The notes under the pieces were generated by a model. That model was not told the DNA's origin. It ran no database searches and saw only the letters and a program-made list of their open reading frames with translations. Positions 50,905 through 64,000 of a stretch of DNA of 64,000 nt are shown here, one piece after another. The DNA is from Camelus dromedarius (taxonomy: Eukaryota), in the NCBI RefSeq assembly GCF_036321535.1, contig NC_087437.1:56980001-57044000 (forward strand), written 5' to 3'. Positions within the stretch are counted from its first letter, which is position 1; the number at the start of each line of letters is the position of its first letter. Position numbers and translations under genes: made by a program.

Positions 50905-53900
50905 TTTGTCTAGTTTTGTTTTAGAAAAGTTTTAGATTTACAGAAACATTGTGAAGATAGTAGAGTTCACAGGTACTCCACACCCACTTCTCCTTGTTGT
51001 TAACATCTTACATTGGCACAGTGCATTAATCACAATTCATTAACAAATACTGATATTTTATCATCAACTGAAGTCTATACTTTATTCACATTTACTCAGG
51101 TTTTACCTAATTCGCCTTTTCTGTTCCAATACTGCATCCAGGATAACATATTACATTTATTTGTCATGTCTTATGTTCCCTTTGGCTAAGATACTTTCTC
51201 AGACTTTATTTTTGATGGCTTTGATAGTTTTGAAGATTAGTGATCAGATACTTTTAAATGTGTTTCTCAACATCTTTGTTATTTGTCATGATGTCTTTCT
51301 CATGAATAGACTGGAATTATGGGTTTTTGGGAGGAAGACCACTGAGGTAAAGTGCCATTCTCATCACATCATATCAAGAATATATACTATAAATCTGGCT
51401 TAAAATGTAGCCAAATGGTGGGAGCCAAATTTCTATACTATAAAGAATAACTGTTGTTAAACTTGATCACTTGTTTGTCAGGTTTCTCCATTGTGCAGTT
51501 ACTTTTATTTCCATGCAGCACTCTTTGTAAGGAAATCACTCTGTGCAGTCCACATGGAAGGAGTGGGGGTTATGCTTCATTTCCTTTAAGGCAGAGTATC
51601 TACATAAATTATTTGAAATTCTCTCAAGCACTAGATTTGTTTGTTCTCTGCCACTTAATTTATTTTTTTCCGTCTTTTATTTATATCAGTATGGACTTAT
51701 GGGATATAATTCAACTTCATTTTATTGCTCAAATTGTTCCAGCATTGGCCATTGGGAATTCTTCATTTGGCTCCTGTGTCCATTTGACATATTCCCATAT
51801 TGTGTGCTTTGAGCACTTTGTTATTTTCTGGCAATACCATATGCTCCAAGCTCATCTTGTATATTTCTGTCCACAGTCCTAGAATCAACTGTTTCTTGAA
51901 GGAGCCCTGGTATCTTTTACTGGAAAATGGTATTTTTGAGTGCTATTTAAAATAAAATACCATTTAAATAGTATTTAAAACATTTAAAACTTGGTATTTA
52001 AAACCAAGATCTGGGTGCTTGCTGCTCTCATTGTTACTGGGATGTCACCTGACAGAGCAAGGGAAAATACGTGTGTATACTAACTGTGTATATACACTTA
52101 TTGATAAATACACGTATTACTATATGTTATCATCTCTGTCTATATTAAGCTAAATATGAGCTCATACTCTTGTGTCCAAGTCTATACTATTATCACATGG
52201 ATCGTTCTAGCCTCTTAATCTTGGTTATCTCTAACTTCCCACTATGACAAGACCCCTTGCTCCCACCATCTGTCATTTATTTACTTAATGGTTAAATTGC
52301 AGTATATATGCATAATGGTTTCAGAATTGCTAACCCAATCCATGTGGGAAATGACCTTGGAAGTAGAGTGCAGTGCTTATGTATAAAGTTCCTTTTGACT
52401 TTAGTCTTGCAGATGCTACTCATTTCCACAGTTACTTAGGTCAGCACATTCCCTCCCCCCATCTCCTTCGGTGAGATTATTTCATAAACTTGTAGTACAG
52501 TTAGAATTTAGCCAGAGTCTGCAGTCTGTCCTGGGATTTCCCAACCTTGTAAATATTTTTTCTTAAGTTTCACTTGCCAAGGTCCTCTCTTTGTATTGTA
52601 AATTTTTTGTGTGTTTGACAAATGCACAATGCTATGTAATCACCATTATCATATCATACAAAATATTTTCACCACTTAAAAAAATCCCTCTACTTTACCT
52701 ATTCAGTATTCTTCTGCTCACCAATTACCAAACCATTGTTAACCTGTGATCTTTCCACCATCTCCATAATTTTGCATCTTCCAAAATGTTATATAATGAG
52801 CAATTGTACAGAATATAGCCTTTTCAGACTGGCTTCTTCCATTTAGAAATATGGATTTAAAATTCACCTTATGTTTTTGAATGGCTTGATTGGTCATTTC
52901 TTTTTATCACTAAATAGTAGTCCATTGTATGGATGTACCACAACTTGGTTACTTATTCACCTTTTGAAAGACATCTTGGTGATTATAAATAAAGCTGCTA
53001 TAAACATTTGTATGCAGATCTTTATGTTGGCATAAGTTTTTAAATCAGCTGGATTAATGCTTGAGTGTGTAATTGCTGAATAATATGTTAAGACTATATT
53101 TAGCTTTGTAAGAAACTGTCAGACTGTCTTACAAAAGGGTTGTACCATTTTGCATTCCTATTAGCAATAAATAAGAGTTTTTGTTGCTTTGCATCTGTGC
53201 CAGCAATTGGTATTGCCATTCTTTAAAGTATTAGCTATTTTAACAGGATTGCAGTGCTTTATCTTTTTTCACTTTGCATTTCCCTGAGAATAATTATTTG
53301 TGCAACTCTTCATATCCTTATTTGCCATGTGTATATCTTCTTTGGTGAGGGATGTACTCAAGAGATTGCTCACTAGAATTTTTTTGTTGTTGTTATCTTA
53401 TTGTTCAGTTTTTAGAGTTCTTTGTGTATTCTGGACAGTAGTCCTGTTATCAGAATTGTCTTTTACAAGTATTTTTCAGTCTGTGACTTGTCTTCTCACT
53501 CCCTTGACTTTGTCTTTCACAGAGCAGAAGTTTTAATTTTAATAAAGTTTAGCTTATCAATTCTTTCTTTCATAGAAATGGTGTTATATCTACAAAATCA
53601 TTGTCATACCCAAGGTCATCTAAGTGTTCTCCTATGTTATCTTAAGGAATTTGACCCTTTTTTGCTTTACATTTAGTCTGTGACCCCGTTTCAGTTAGTT
53701 TTTGTGAAGGGTGTAAGGTCTGTGTCTAGATTTACTTTTTGCTGTGGATGTCCAGTTGATTCAGCACCATTTGCTGAAGAAACTATCTTTGCTCCTTGTA
53801 TTGCCTTTGCTCCTTCGTCAAAGATTTGTTGACTGTATTTATGTGGGTCTGTTTCTGAGCTCTCTCCTCTGTTCCATTGATCTATTTGTCTATTCTTTTA

Positions 53901-54670
53901 CCAATGCAGTCTTTATTACTGCAGCTTTATAGTAACTCTTGAAGTTAGTTAGTGTCAGCCCTCCAACTTTGTTCTTCAATATTATGTTGACTATTCTGGG
54001 TCTTTGCCTCTTCATATAAACTTTAGAATCAGTTTGTCAATATTCATGAAACAACTTACTGGGGTTTTGGTTGTGATTGCATTGAATCTATAGATCAAGT
54101 TGGGAGTTTTGTGGTTTTTTTTTTTCCTTTTGGAATGTCTTGTAATTTTTCTAGCTCAAGTCAGATATGTTGTATTTGGCAATAGGAAGGACTCAATCTA
54201 TGAGGATTACCTCACAAATCAGTGTGAGAATTTATTTTAAACTGGATATGAGTTGAGCTGTGTTTAATGTTCATTTTTGCTATAGGTTAAATGGCTTAAA
54301 GTGCCATGTGTATCCTTGTATTTGTCTTCCCCCCCTCACTTTGTGGTTCCCCACATACTCCTCCTCAGAGGGAATCTGTGTTCATAGGCCTGTCTGCTCT
54401 AACCCAGGGTTATTATACTAGAGCCCTGTTGGTGTGGTGGTAAGGTATGGGGTGGGATGGGGTGGGGAAGTAGTCGACAAAAATCCAATTTATATTCAGT
54501 TTTACCGTAGGCCTGTGTACCTGGCTGGGACTTAAGTGGTTTTTTTTTCAATCACATTTTTTTTTTCCTTCCCTGACCCTACTCCCTTTCCTGGTTTCAG
54601 AGTTTCAAATTATTTCCTTAAAGCAGTTTCCCCAAATGAAAATGAGTTGCAGTATACTATCTTCAAGGGC
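50905..54670 (-). mobile_element. L1MC-type element: long 3' UTR plus ORF2 3' region, followed by older L1-like sequence
   Basis: 'tttagatttacagaaacattgtgaagatagt', 'gggtttttgggaggaagaccactgaggtaaagtgccattctcatcacatc', 'ttgtaccattttgcattcc' and 'gattgcattgaatctatagatcaagttggg'. Confidence 0.85.
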
Positions 54671-54675
54671 TCTAT

Positions 54676-55499
54676 TGTAACCAAGCAGGAACCTATTGTC
54701 ATTGGTGACCATCTGATATCTGCAGTGGTGTTTGTAACTGCCACTGTGAAATGGTTTAAAAGGGTTTTCTCATGCTCTTGTTTTCTCATGCTCTTGCTGA
54801 CCAGGGTTAGGCTGAAGAGGGAGGTTTGGGTGGTCCACCTAACCCACCACAGGGATCATGCACAGTGCCCTGCTTTTGCCCCAAGTGCCTTCCTCTTGAC
54901 CCCCATGCCCTCCTCTTGACCCTACACCTCAGATTGGGCAGTTGTGCGTCATGTTGTTCATAAATTGCTCCAATTGTGCATGTCTGCATTCGTGTTTGCC
55001 CCCTTTTGGTTTCCTTGTATCCTGTTGTTCAAGCTGTAGGCCATAGCCTGCAGCAGGAGGTCCCAGGCCTCAACCTGCTTAAAAGGCTTGAAGGCTTATA
55101 AGTCAACCTGACTTAAGAGTTTTTCTCTAGAGCTCTTTTCCACAGAGCCCCCTTCCTATGCATCCTTTGTTCTAGGAACAAGAATATTAAGAGAGTCCCA
55201 AAGCTGGAGGTGAACTTCATACCCAGCAGAGGGAAGGGGATGATTGCATCTGCAAAAACAAGAACAACTTTGCAACAGTTTGTTACCCTGTATACAATGT
55301 GTCTGGAAACTAGCCCTGTCCCTTGAACTCTTAAACTTGTACTATAAAATCCCCTGGCTTCAAAGCTCACAATCTTAGAGGCATTAGCCCACTGTGACCT
55401 CCTTTGCTTGGCAAAGAAATAAAGCTGCCTTTTCTACTTCATCCAAAACTCTGTCCTTGAGTCTCAGTTCAGTAAGTGGGAGGCTGTATTTCGGTAACA
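54676..55499 (+). mobile_element. ERV1 solo LTR
   Basis: Starts TGTAACCAAGCAGG and ends TTCGGTAACA. 4-bp TSD ctat on both sides. Contains TATA 'actataaaa' and polyA 'gcaaagaaataaagctg'. Confidence 0.7.
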
Positions 55500-56399
55500 C
55501 TATGGCTTAAGTATTAAATCTTGAGGTTTAGTACTCTCCTTTTAGAACTCAAAGTCCTATGACAGTCCACCATTTCTCTCTAGTGTCTGGTTGCATGCAG
55601 ACCTTTCGGGTCTATATAGGCCCTATTCTGGTCCCTTACTAGATGGCCTGAAACAACCTCCAGTCCAGGCTCCAAGATACAACTTTCTAATGTGTTGGAG
55701 TCAAACTATGCATTATAGTCTGTCACAGCTGGAGGAAGCCTGAACATTCTTCTAGTCTACATTGCTTTGGGAGACTTAAGGGGCCTCTCCTTTAAGGACA
55801 CCAGTTAGAAAACAGTCAGTTGCTTTTTTCAGTCTGTGCCTGCTGTAAATGTTTTATGTCGTTACTACTACCATCATTACAAGCTATGACTTCTTGAGAT
55901 CTTGCTATGGGTACAGTAGCATTATATACCATAAGCACATTATCTCATTTATGCTGCGTATCAGCCCTCTAAGCTAGATAAATATCTCTCCATTTTATTC
56001 ATGTGCCAGTTGTCATTTCAAGAGAATAACTGGTTCACCTTTCCACTATTTGGACGTGGGTGATCTGGATTTAAATTCAGATCTGTGTCACTACAAGGCT
56101 GGGGCTCCTTCTCATTCCTAAGTCACGTGCGTTTGAGTTTCTGGTTGGTTTAAATGTGTGTGTGTTCAATTATTTGCCACCTTCAACCAAAAGATCTTTT
56201 CATGTGATTTGCATTCACATTTCATAACTCTAAGGGATTTTTGGGTGGAAATGTCATTTTTTGTAACTAAGTAAATAGAATGTTTTTCTTTTGCTAGATA
56301 CTGCTGCTAGCACTGAATTAAAATGTCAGTTACGAGTGGTAGCCCATATCATGTAAGTAGCTGTGTGACCTGAAGCAAGTCACATTTTTGTATCACACC

Positions 56400-56620
56400 A
56401 CTTTCCACTGTTCTAAGCACTTTATATATATTAGCTCATTTCGACAACTCTATAAGACATATATTGTTAGTAATACGATTTTACAGTTTGAAATCTGAGG
56501 TACTGAGAGGTTAAATAACTTGCCCAAGGCACACAACTTGTTAGTGGCATTCCTGGAATGTGAACCTTGGTAGGATGGCTCCAGAGTCCAGATTTCTAAT
56601 CCCTATACAATGCTGCCTCT
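56400..56620 (-). mobile_element. MIR SINE
   Basis: 'ctgttctaagcactttatatatattagctcattt...attttacagtttgaaatctgaggtactgagaggttaaataacttgcccaaggcacacaac'. Confidence 0.85.
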
Positions 56621-57349
56621 TTCATGTACCAATTAATTACTTGACAAACCTCTATTAAAAGCCTATCTACTGCGTTGATGTGTCAGATACTGGGAACACA
56701 GTAAAAAAAAATAATGTCTGGCTCTTCCCCAAAGGAGCTCAAGGTCTTCTCCACCTGAGCTGCTAGAAATGTGTGTACTACCACCGTAGCAACAGCAACA
56801 GCACTAGGTTGTTTTACAGACATGCACACTCTCAGCCCCACCCCACCTATCCGGACCTACTGCATCTTCTGCATATTTAAATTTGAGAAGCTGGGATTTA
56901 GACCACCGAGGCACTTGAGGGTAGATTGTGGTCCTTTGTTTCTTCCTCTGGCCTTTGGTTTCTTCACTTGTAAAAGGAAGAGGTGATCTCTCCTCCTTAA
57001 TATTTCTTAACAGTATCCTCTAGGTCACACTGTGGATGACTGCAGAGTGGCAGTGACCTGGGCAATGGATGCCAGCAGAGCACCAGTGTGGGCGGAAGGT
57101 GGGTGCCTCCTGCACTGGAGAGCAAACATAGATCCTGATCCTGGGTTTCCATCTTTCTCCTTGTTTCTGTAGACGGTCGAGGAGATTAGCTTGTGCCCAG
57201 CAAGCTAGATATCGCCTCCAGACAATTTATATGGCTTTTATATTTATTTAGAGAGCAGGCAGCCTAGCCCAGCTCCTGCTGTATGAGGCAGTGACATGAG
57301 AATTTAAAAGGGCTGTTTTCATTAATTTTGGAGGGAATTTATTGCTGAC

Positions 57350-57625
57350 AAAAGACTGCGTTATTGATGGTGGGAAGACAGCGCTCGCCTAGTCTCTCCG
57401 GAGCTGCGCGGGAGAGCCGCCCCCGCTCCTGCCTGCGGCTTCCTGGGTTGCTGAGGGAAGCCCTTCCCGCGGGAGGAGGGAGTCGTTCTGGCCCCGGGCC
57501 AGCGCGCAGGGCCTCCCGCCGGCTGCACCGCTGCAGTCTCTGCACAGGAAGGACAATTAGAGGTCGCTCAGCTCCATCCCCACCCTGCACGGATGGGGTT
57601 TCCGACATCCAGAGAGGTCAAGCGA
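57350..57625. promoter_or_regulatory. Small CpG island-like element
   Basis: About 20 CpGs in 270 bp (counted by eye), GC-rich, not recognisably repeat-derived. GC box gccgcccccg near 57417 and ETS-like gcttcctgg. Confidence 0.55.
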
Positions 57626-59861
57626 TTTTAGCCACATTATCAAGTCAGGAATCAGGTGGAAATCAGGTACAGCTGCATAGCTTCATCTCTTTGCTTCGTT
57701 TTGTAGAATTAAAACTGCTTCCTAAATGACAGTGGCAGGATGTGCGTGGGCAGCTCTCTGTGTGTTCTTTGCACAGCACTGAACTTCTCAAAGAATGACA
57801 GTAACATTATATTTGTACAGACTTCAAATCATGTAAAATGGAATTTATCCCTCTCACATCTCTTTGAAATGTGAGGAATGGAAAGGGCCTTTTGGGCATT
57901 TTATCAGTTTTTTAGCCACTTGTAGTGGGCTAGGCTCTGGGATGGATTCTTTGCACATCATCATCTTTGAAGCCAACATTAGTTTGTAAGGTGGGTGTTA
58001 GAATCCTCATTTATAGAGGCTCAGCAGAGTTACAGAGCTTGCTCAAGGTCTTAGGGATTGTAAATAGGAGAGATAGGATTCTTCATCCAGCTCCATTTTT
58101 TTTCTTTTTTTTTTTTTTAACCATCTCATGAACCTTTGAAAGTTCAGTTCCAGGATTAAAGAATAAGCTTTTGTAAAAGGTTCCTAGCTGAGTTATTGAG
58201 GTGGAAGAATGGATCTTTCTGTTAGGAATAGAGTGGGGTGACTACGATGAAGCCAAAAGAGGACCCTGATGTCTGTGAACTAGATCAGCTTTGAAAACAC
58301 ATGAACAACCCTCAGTGATGTCCAGCTCAGGCTGAGAATGAGGAGTGTGGGGAGTGAGAGAGAGACTTAGCTAACAGGGGCAATGACAGAAGCAACTGCC
58401 TTAGTTCCAGCTTTCCTTTACCAGGAATGAAACTATCAATGCAGACTAGAAGTGGGCTGACAGTAGAGTTATGCTCTAATCTTTCTTTATGTACAAATGA
58501 AGTTCTAACTTAAAGACTGTGCCAAAGAGATAGTTTAGAATATGAACAATTTGCCCATTCTGTGACCTTAAGATTCCTTAAAAAAACTGCATCTGGAAAG
58601 AATCTTAGAACTTTCTAGACCACCAAATTCAAATCCCTGATTTGGAAGATGGGCACATAGCCCAGAGAAGGAAAGAAATGTAAAAGCTAGTGACAGAACC
58701 CATGTTCAGATTCCTGCTACCCAATGACCACTGTAGAGTTCTCTCTACCACCTTAAATGGCTTCCTTTTCGTTATTTATATGTGTTCACATACATTTATA
58801 ATGTGTAAACAGTGTATACATACATCACACATATATGTATGTGTGTCCACACATTTACTCCCCACCCCCCCAATTGTTCCCCAAACTATGGGGGCTAATG
58901 ACCTACCTTGAATGTGATAAAACTAGAATTACTGCACATACTCTGTAAATACCCGACTATAGGAACTTTAATTAGAATAGTTAAAATGACTGTAGTAAAC
59001 AGAGCTGTGCTCAGAGTAGAGCTGTGCTCAGAGTACAGCTTGACTGTTCCTTCTGGTTAAGGATTTTACTCAGATTTTGAAGTTGGATGTAATTAGATTT
59101 TGGAGGTTGAAGATCAGAGAACAGGATTGGAGACAGATGAGTGCTCAGAAATTCTAAGTGTTTTAGGAAAAGCAGTTTGGTTAGAATTGAACATTACTTG
59201 AAAACAATAGGTAAATTGCCATAGGTTATTTAGTGAGAAAACAATGGGTAATCTGCTACAGTAATGGGGCCCAGTGGGGGAGGGGGCATGTCACGGGGAG
59301 TCGGAAGACTTGTGTTCTTGGAACTGGCTTGTTCAAGGCACACGCATCAGGAGGGCCTCTGTGTACCTATCTGTAAAATAAGGAAGTTGGTATAGGTAAG
59401 TTTAAGGGCCAATGTCAGTAATTGACTACTTCTGTAGTAGTTATTTCAAGCTAAAATGTTCTCAGTGTGTGTTTATTCATTCAGGCATTATTTAGTAACT
59501 ATTTATTGATTGTCAATTATGTGGTAGATATTACGCTAGGTCAGGGGAACACCTGGTGGTGAATAGGACATAAAATTCCTCAGGAGCTCAAGATCTTCTC
59601 TGGATATTCTTAATTGTTGAGCCTTTAAAAATGTTCCCTTTGTTCTGGACGTTAACAGAATGTCCTCTCATCCAAAGTCAGACACTGGATAATAAATCTA
59701 TATTATACTGAGGAATTCAGAAGATTGAGCAATATAAGAATAGAAGGCCAGTAAATCCAGGGCCAAGATATTGCATGATAGAAGAGGAAAATAAACCGAT
59801 TAAATGTGGGTGAGGAGAGTCAGCAGATGCAGGTGGTAAAATGAGGTAGCATAGAGTCAGG

Positions 59862-60040
59862 CAAGTGTTTCTCAGAGAGTGGCCCATAGATCCATCACCT
59901 TAGGAGTACTGTGGGCTGGTTGAAATGCAGGTCAGTTCTCTGGAATCAGTGCCTGGGAATAGGGATAAATATCTGGTTGGTAAAAAATGACAAATACTCT
60001 AGATGTTTCTTATGCACACTAATGTCTGAAAACCACTGGA
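59862..60040. mobile_element. MER5-family MITE
   Basis: 'caagtgtttctcagagagtggccc...tgaaatgcag...gatgtttcttatgcacactaatgtctgaaaaccactg'. Confidence 0.65.
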
Positions 60041-61694
60041 CTAGGTAATTGTACACAAATAGAAAAAGAAATGACATTTTACAAAATTTAATGAGTAAAG
60101 CATTGATGAGTCTTATTCCTAATATTTGCAAAACCAACTTCGTAATAAGCAACTAACACCCATAGATTTTCTACTTTTAATTTGTAAAACAAGTATTGAT
60201 TGAAATGCTAGATAATGTAAACACAATTTATGCTTCTCTGATTCATGCCCTGCTGTGAGAATCTATTAGAAATGAATTCCCTGACCTCTATTTTTTTCCG
60301 TTCACTTTAAAATTAGGTGTCCTTGTACCTATGGAGGGGCAAGAGATGAGGTTAAAAGAATACTGAGACAGAAAAGGAAGATGACAAATATTTTGCCTAA
60401 ATATAAACTCATATTTGCTTAAGCACAACACATAGAATTTTATTGCATGTGGTCCTAATGATTAATATCAAAATGATTTAATTGTGCTTAGAGAAAAATA
60501 CTAAAAATGAGCAGAAAAATTGTTCAAATTGAGTTGTCTATAAATACGCATATATATATTGTGAAATAACAAATAGACAACTAAAAGTATATATATTTTT
60601 TTAACAAATTCCTTTTAGGAGCTTGGAAAGGCTTGCTTTTTGCTTGCTACTTTGGCAAGTCAGTTCCTTATTCTTTCACAAGGTGGTGCTATAAATGTGA
60701 CTTTACTGATTGAAATATAAGACACGTTTAGTACAGTTTGGAATAATTGTATGTTTAGCCATCAAACCCTCTGTTTTATGATTACTTGCCAGTTAACAGC
60801 GACATGTTTGTCAGTGACTTTATGATCACTTGTTATTGGCCATGAAAGAATGTACAGGAAATGAGCTGAAGACAAATATGACATCTGCTTTGCTCTCAAG
60901 GCAGGGAGTGAGATCCTAACTATAGTTATCTGTGTTTCCCAAAGTGACAAATCTCTAGTTAGAGTTTCCACAGACACAATCGTATGGCAAAATCATGAGG
61001 ACAGAAAATTCTCACTGGGTTTAATTCACCAAGACTAAGGCCAGTTTATTTCTCCTTTTTTTTTTTTCTTTTTATAATTAAGAATTAGGCTAATATTGTG
61101 TTAGATTTGTAAAAAATCTAGATTAATGTGGTGCTTTGGGAATTTGTCTTTTGGTGACTAGTTAAATTACGGTGAATAGTATATCGTTATTATTTTTTGT
61201 TCATGAATATGTGTATGTATTTGATTGCTTAATTTAATTATCTCAAATACATTTCAAGTAGCCCTTGCGGAAAATATGTTTATTCTATTTATTTGAATTG
61301 TCCATGGGGAAGACATTTGCCATTATTTGCAGTTTAAAATAAAATAAAATCTACACAGAAGTCAGAGTTCATGGGGTTTATTATATTACATGTATTTGTC
61401 CCCACTCCCTAAATTGTTATTTTTGTTTCTATTTCTCTTTCTTTCTGCCTAATCTTGGGGAAATTCATTAGCACTGAGAATCTTTTCTTTTTGTGATGGT
61501 ATGAGGACTGCAGAGCTAACCATTTTCATTCCACTTGTGCGAAGATCCATATAGTCCTCACACATCTATCCCCATGTGGTCTTGCCCTTCTTCGTATAGA
61601 ACTTGACTTCAGAAACTGGAATATAAGTAAAACAATAAAAATTGAATGTTTAAAACTGAAAGAAGACTTAGAAATAATCTAGTTGATTGCCTTT

Positions 61695-62527
61695 TGTGAT
61701 ATAATAAAAAACAATACGTATTTGGACTTTGTCCCTGATTCTGGCACACAGCTCCTAAGACCCCAGGAATTTCCTGAGTGGTAGGAGTGTTTTGTTTTTC
61801 ATAAGGAGCCCCTTTGATCATACCTGAGGTTTTGCTAATGAGGTGACTCTTAGGGGGCACCCAGGTAGCTTCAGAATGGGACTAATTGCCAGAAGGAAAA
61901 TGAGCCACCTGATTAGAGGATAAAAACTTTTAGCCCCACCCTCCAACCTCTCCGGGGAGAGAGGGGCTGATCTAGTTTAATCACCAGCGGCTGATGGTTT
62001 AATCAGTCATGTCTGTGTAATGAAACTTTGGTAGAAACTCTGAAACAAGGTTAAGGGAACTTCTAGGTAGGCACACAGATGTACTGGGGAGGGTGGTGTG
62101 CCCAGAGAGGGCTTGGGAGCTCTGCACACTCCCACTCCCCCAATGCCTTGCCTTATGTATCTCTTCCATTGGCTATTCATGAAATGTGGCCTTTATAATA
62201 AAACTCTAAGTGTAAGTACAGTACTTTCCTAAGTTTGGTGAGTCAGTATAGCAAATTTTTGAAACTGATGGGTGCATTATGGGAACCCCTTTGAACTTAT
62301 AGTTGGCCAAGCTGAAGTTAAGGTAGCCAGGAGACCCCTTTTTTGATGGGTATCGAAGTAGAGGCACTCTTGTGGGACTGCCTTAACCTGTGGGGTCAAC
62401 CCTTAACCTGTGGGGTCAACACTAACTCCAGGTAGTTATCATCAACATTGAATTGAATTGAATTGAATTGAATTGTAGGCCATCCAGTTGGTATTAGAGA
62501 ATTGTTTACTGTTGGAAAACCAAACAC
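61695..62527 (+). mobile_element. MER21-type ERVL solo LTR
   Basis: 'tgtgatataataaaa...tttgtccctgattctggcacacagctcctaagacc...gctaatgaggtgactc...ttagccccaccctccaacctc...ccttgccttatgtatctcttccattggct...aattgaattgtaggccatccagttggt'. Confidence 0.85.
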
Positions 62528-63289
62528 CCTTTTTCTAGTCTCCTCAAAAATGATGGAAAGTTTAAAACGAAGGCATGGTAAATAATATATCTAAAATCAT
62601 GCTGCAATTTACACTGGAAGGTAGCAAAGCCAGCAGGAGACTTCAGGCCTCCTAATCCCCTGACTATCAGTGCACTAGTCTTTTCTCTACACCACACTTC
62701 CTTCTACTACATATTTGTTTATGTATTTGCTTTTGACTTACCAGTAGAGCTCAGCCTTCTGTGGGGGATAAGAGTTAGATGTTAGGATGACTGGGAAATT
62801 TACAAGGGGTAGGAATTATCTATAGTTTTAAAACTACCTGCCACAGTAGAGGATTGAGAGGATCAAATGATTATTCTGAATTCCCAGATATCAGTAGATC
62901 TTCTAAGATTTCCAAAGAGAATTCTAGTGAATTATAATTTGGAGGAAAAAAAAAAACCTCTCATAAAAATGGCAAATGTTTAAAGAAAGAAGAGAGGAAC
63001 TGTCAAAAATGACTTACATTTCAATGGGACTTTGAAATGTAATTTTATGAAGCCCTATCTCATCCATTATCTCTTTTACCGTTAACAACACCGTGAGCTT
63101 AATTAAACTGTAGAATACACTTTGACAGGTGAAGAAACCAAGGCTTGGGGACTAGGTGGTCAAATAATCTACCCAAGGTGAAGAGCTATGTGGTGGACCA
63201 AGGATGGACTCTTTGGCTTTTGACTTCTTTTGTATCATTGCTACCTCCAGCATCACAGGAGACCATGATACTGTAATTCATGCCATAAA

Positions 63290-63790
63290 TGAAAGAGTAG
63301 GACACTAACAAAATGGCTTCTCTGATGCTAATGCTATTTGCTGATTCCTTCTGACTTAAAATTCTTGCAACTTGTTTTTCTCTGACAAACCATTACATTA
63401 CATTCTCCACTCCCTATGATTTCTTTATCCAGAATAGCTTATCCTTTAACCCAGAATCTGTGCTCCAGGAAGGTAGTCATGGGCTGATAGCCTTAGAAGA
63501 ATGAACAGACCCTACAGAGTTTCTCTGTGACATCAGGTGGATTCATCAAGACTAAGAAGATTACAGCACCCCAGAAAAATGTCCTGTTTATTGTTGCCTT
63601 TCTGTTCTGCCCAGCTTTCCTATAAACCTCAGGACACCAACCCAAGGTGGATTCACAGTCTCTAAGGCATTAGCCTGCTGGAAATCCCCTTTGCCTGACA
63701 AAGCAATAAAGCTGCCCTTGTCTGATACCCCGAAAACTCTGCCTCCAGGTCTAAATTCATTTTCAGACAGAGGCTGGTTTTTGGGCAACA
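63290..63790 (+). mobile_element. ERV1 solo LTR, 3' half related to the 54676-55499 LTR
   Basis: Starts TGAAAGAG and ends GGGCAACA. 4-bp TSD taaa. Contains 'aaggcattagcctgctg...cctttgcctgacaaagcaataaagctg...aaaactctg'. Confidence 0.7.
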
Positions 63791-63794
63791 TAAA

Positions 63795-64000
63795 CATTTA
63801 CTGAGAGTCAACCATGCATTGTATGGTGGATACTAGGAAGATGAATAAGATGCAGTCTCATTCTTCAAATGGTTTATTGTCTAGTGTAGGTAACAGACGT
63901 TTAAATGTATTCAGTGTCGTGATTCAGTGGTGGAGGTTCATTTAGAGTACTGCAGGAGCAAAATGGAGGCCAGCCGCAGCTTTCCCCTGAGCTGTCAACC
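63795..64000 (-). mobile_element. L2 3' end fragment
   Basis: 'catttactgagagtcaac...ggatactaggaagatgaataagatgcagtctcattcttcaaatggtttattgtctagtg'. Confidence 0.5.

Noticed and set aside
51161..53932. Cluster of plus-strand ORFs of 60-142 aa
   Set aside because: All lie antisense within an old L1MC element.
57339..57729. Arg/Pro/Gly-rich ORFs on both strands
   Set aside because: Expected stop-codon scarcity in a GC-rich island. No recognisable domain.
62446..62475. (AATTG)n array and adjacent 20-bp direct repeat, superficially CRISPR-like
   Set aside because: There are no spacers. It is a simple-repeat expansion inside a MER21 LTR in a mammalian genome.
54676..63790. Two related, same-orientation ERV1 LTRs about 8 kb apart, suggestive of a full provirus
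   Set aside because: Each LTR has its own 4-bp TSD (ctat; taaa), and they differ in length and U3. The interval holds MIR, MER5 and MER21 sequence with no recognisable PBS or gag/pol/env. These are independent solo LTRs.

Overview
This is mammalian nuclear DNA. It is probably camelid, inferred from recalled L1 3' tail sequences such as 'caataaaaaatgtt-polyA'. The window is AT-rich, repeat-dense and non-coding (intergenic or deep intronic). I can support no intact protein-coding gene, tRNA, rRNA or CRISPR array, and nearly all ORFs in the track are chance ORFs or L1 remnants. The one recognisable gene-derived element is a disabled processed pseudogene of NDUFS6 (about 39175-39728, +). It sits inside an L2 and still carries a CpG-rich leader with NRF1 and DR1 motifs. 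The rest is a layered transposon record: L1s of several ages (two with 5' and 3' portions but gutted interiors), L2, MIR, ERV1/ERVL/MaLR solo LTRs with TSDs, MER5/MER20/MER33/MER63 hAT elements and a Tc2/pogo-type relic. Candidate regulatory signals are a convergent pair of CTCF motifs (8.5 kb + and 25.2 kb -), a MYB/RFX/ETS/TATA motif cluster at 26.2-26.5 kb, an orphan CpG island at 57.4 kb, and several minus-strand exon-like segments that could belong to a lncRNA. I found no convincing evidence of a new biological system. Repeat family names come from recalled consensus sequences, not a database search, and boundaries without TSDs are approximate.
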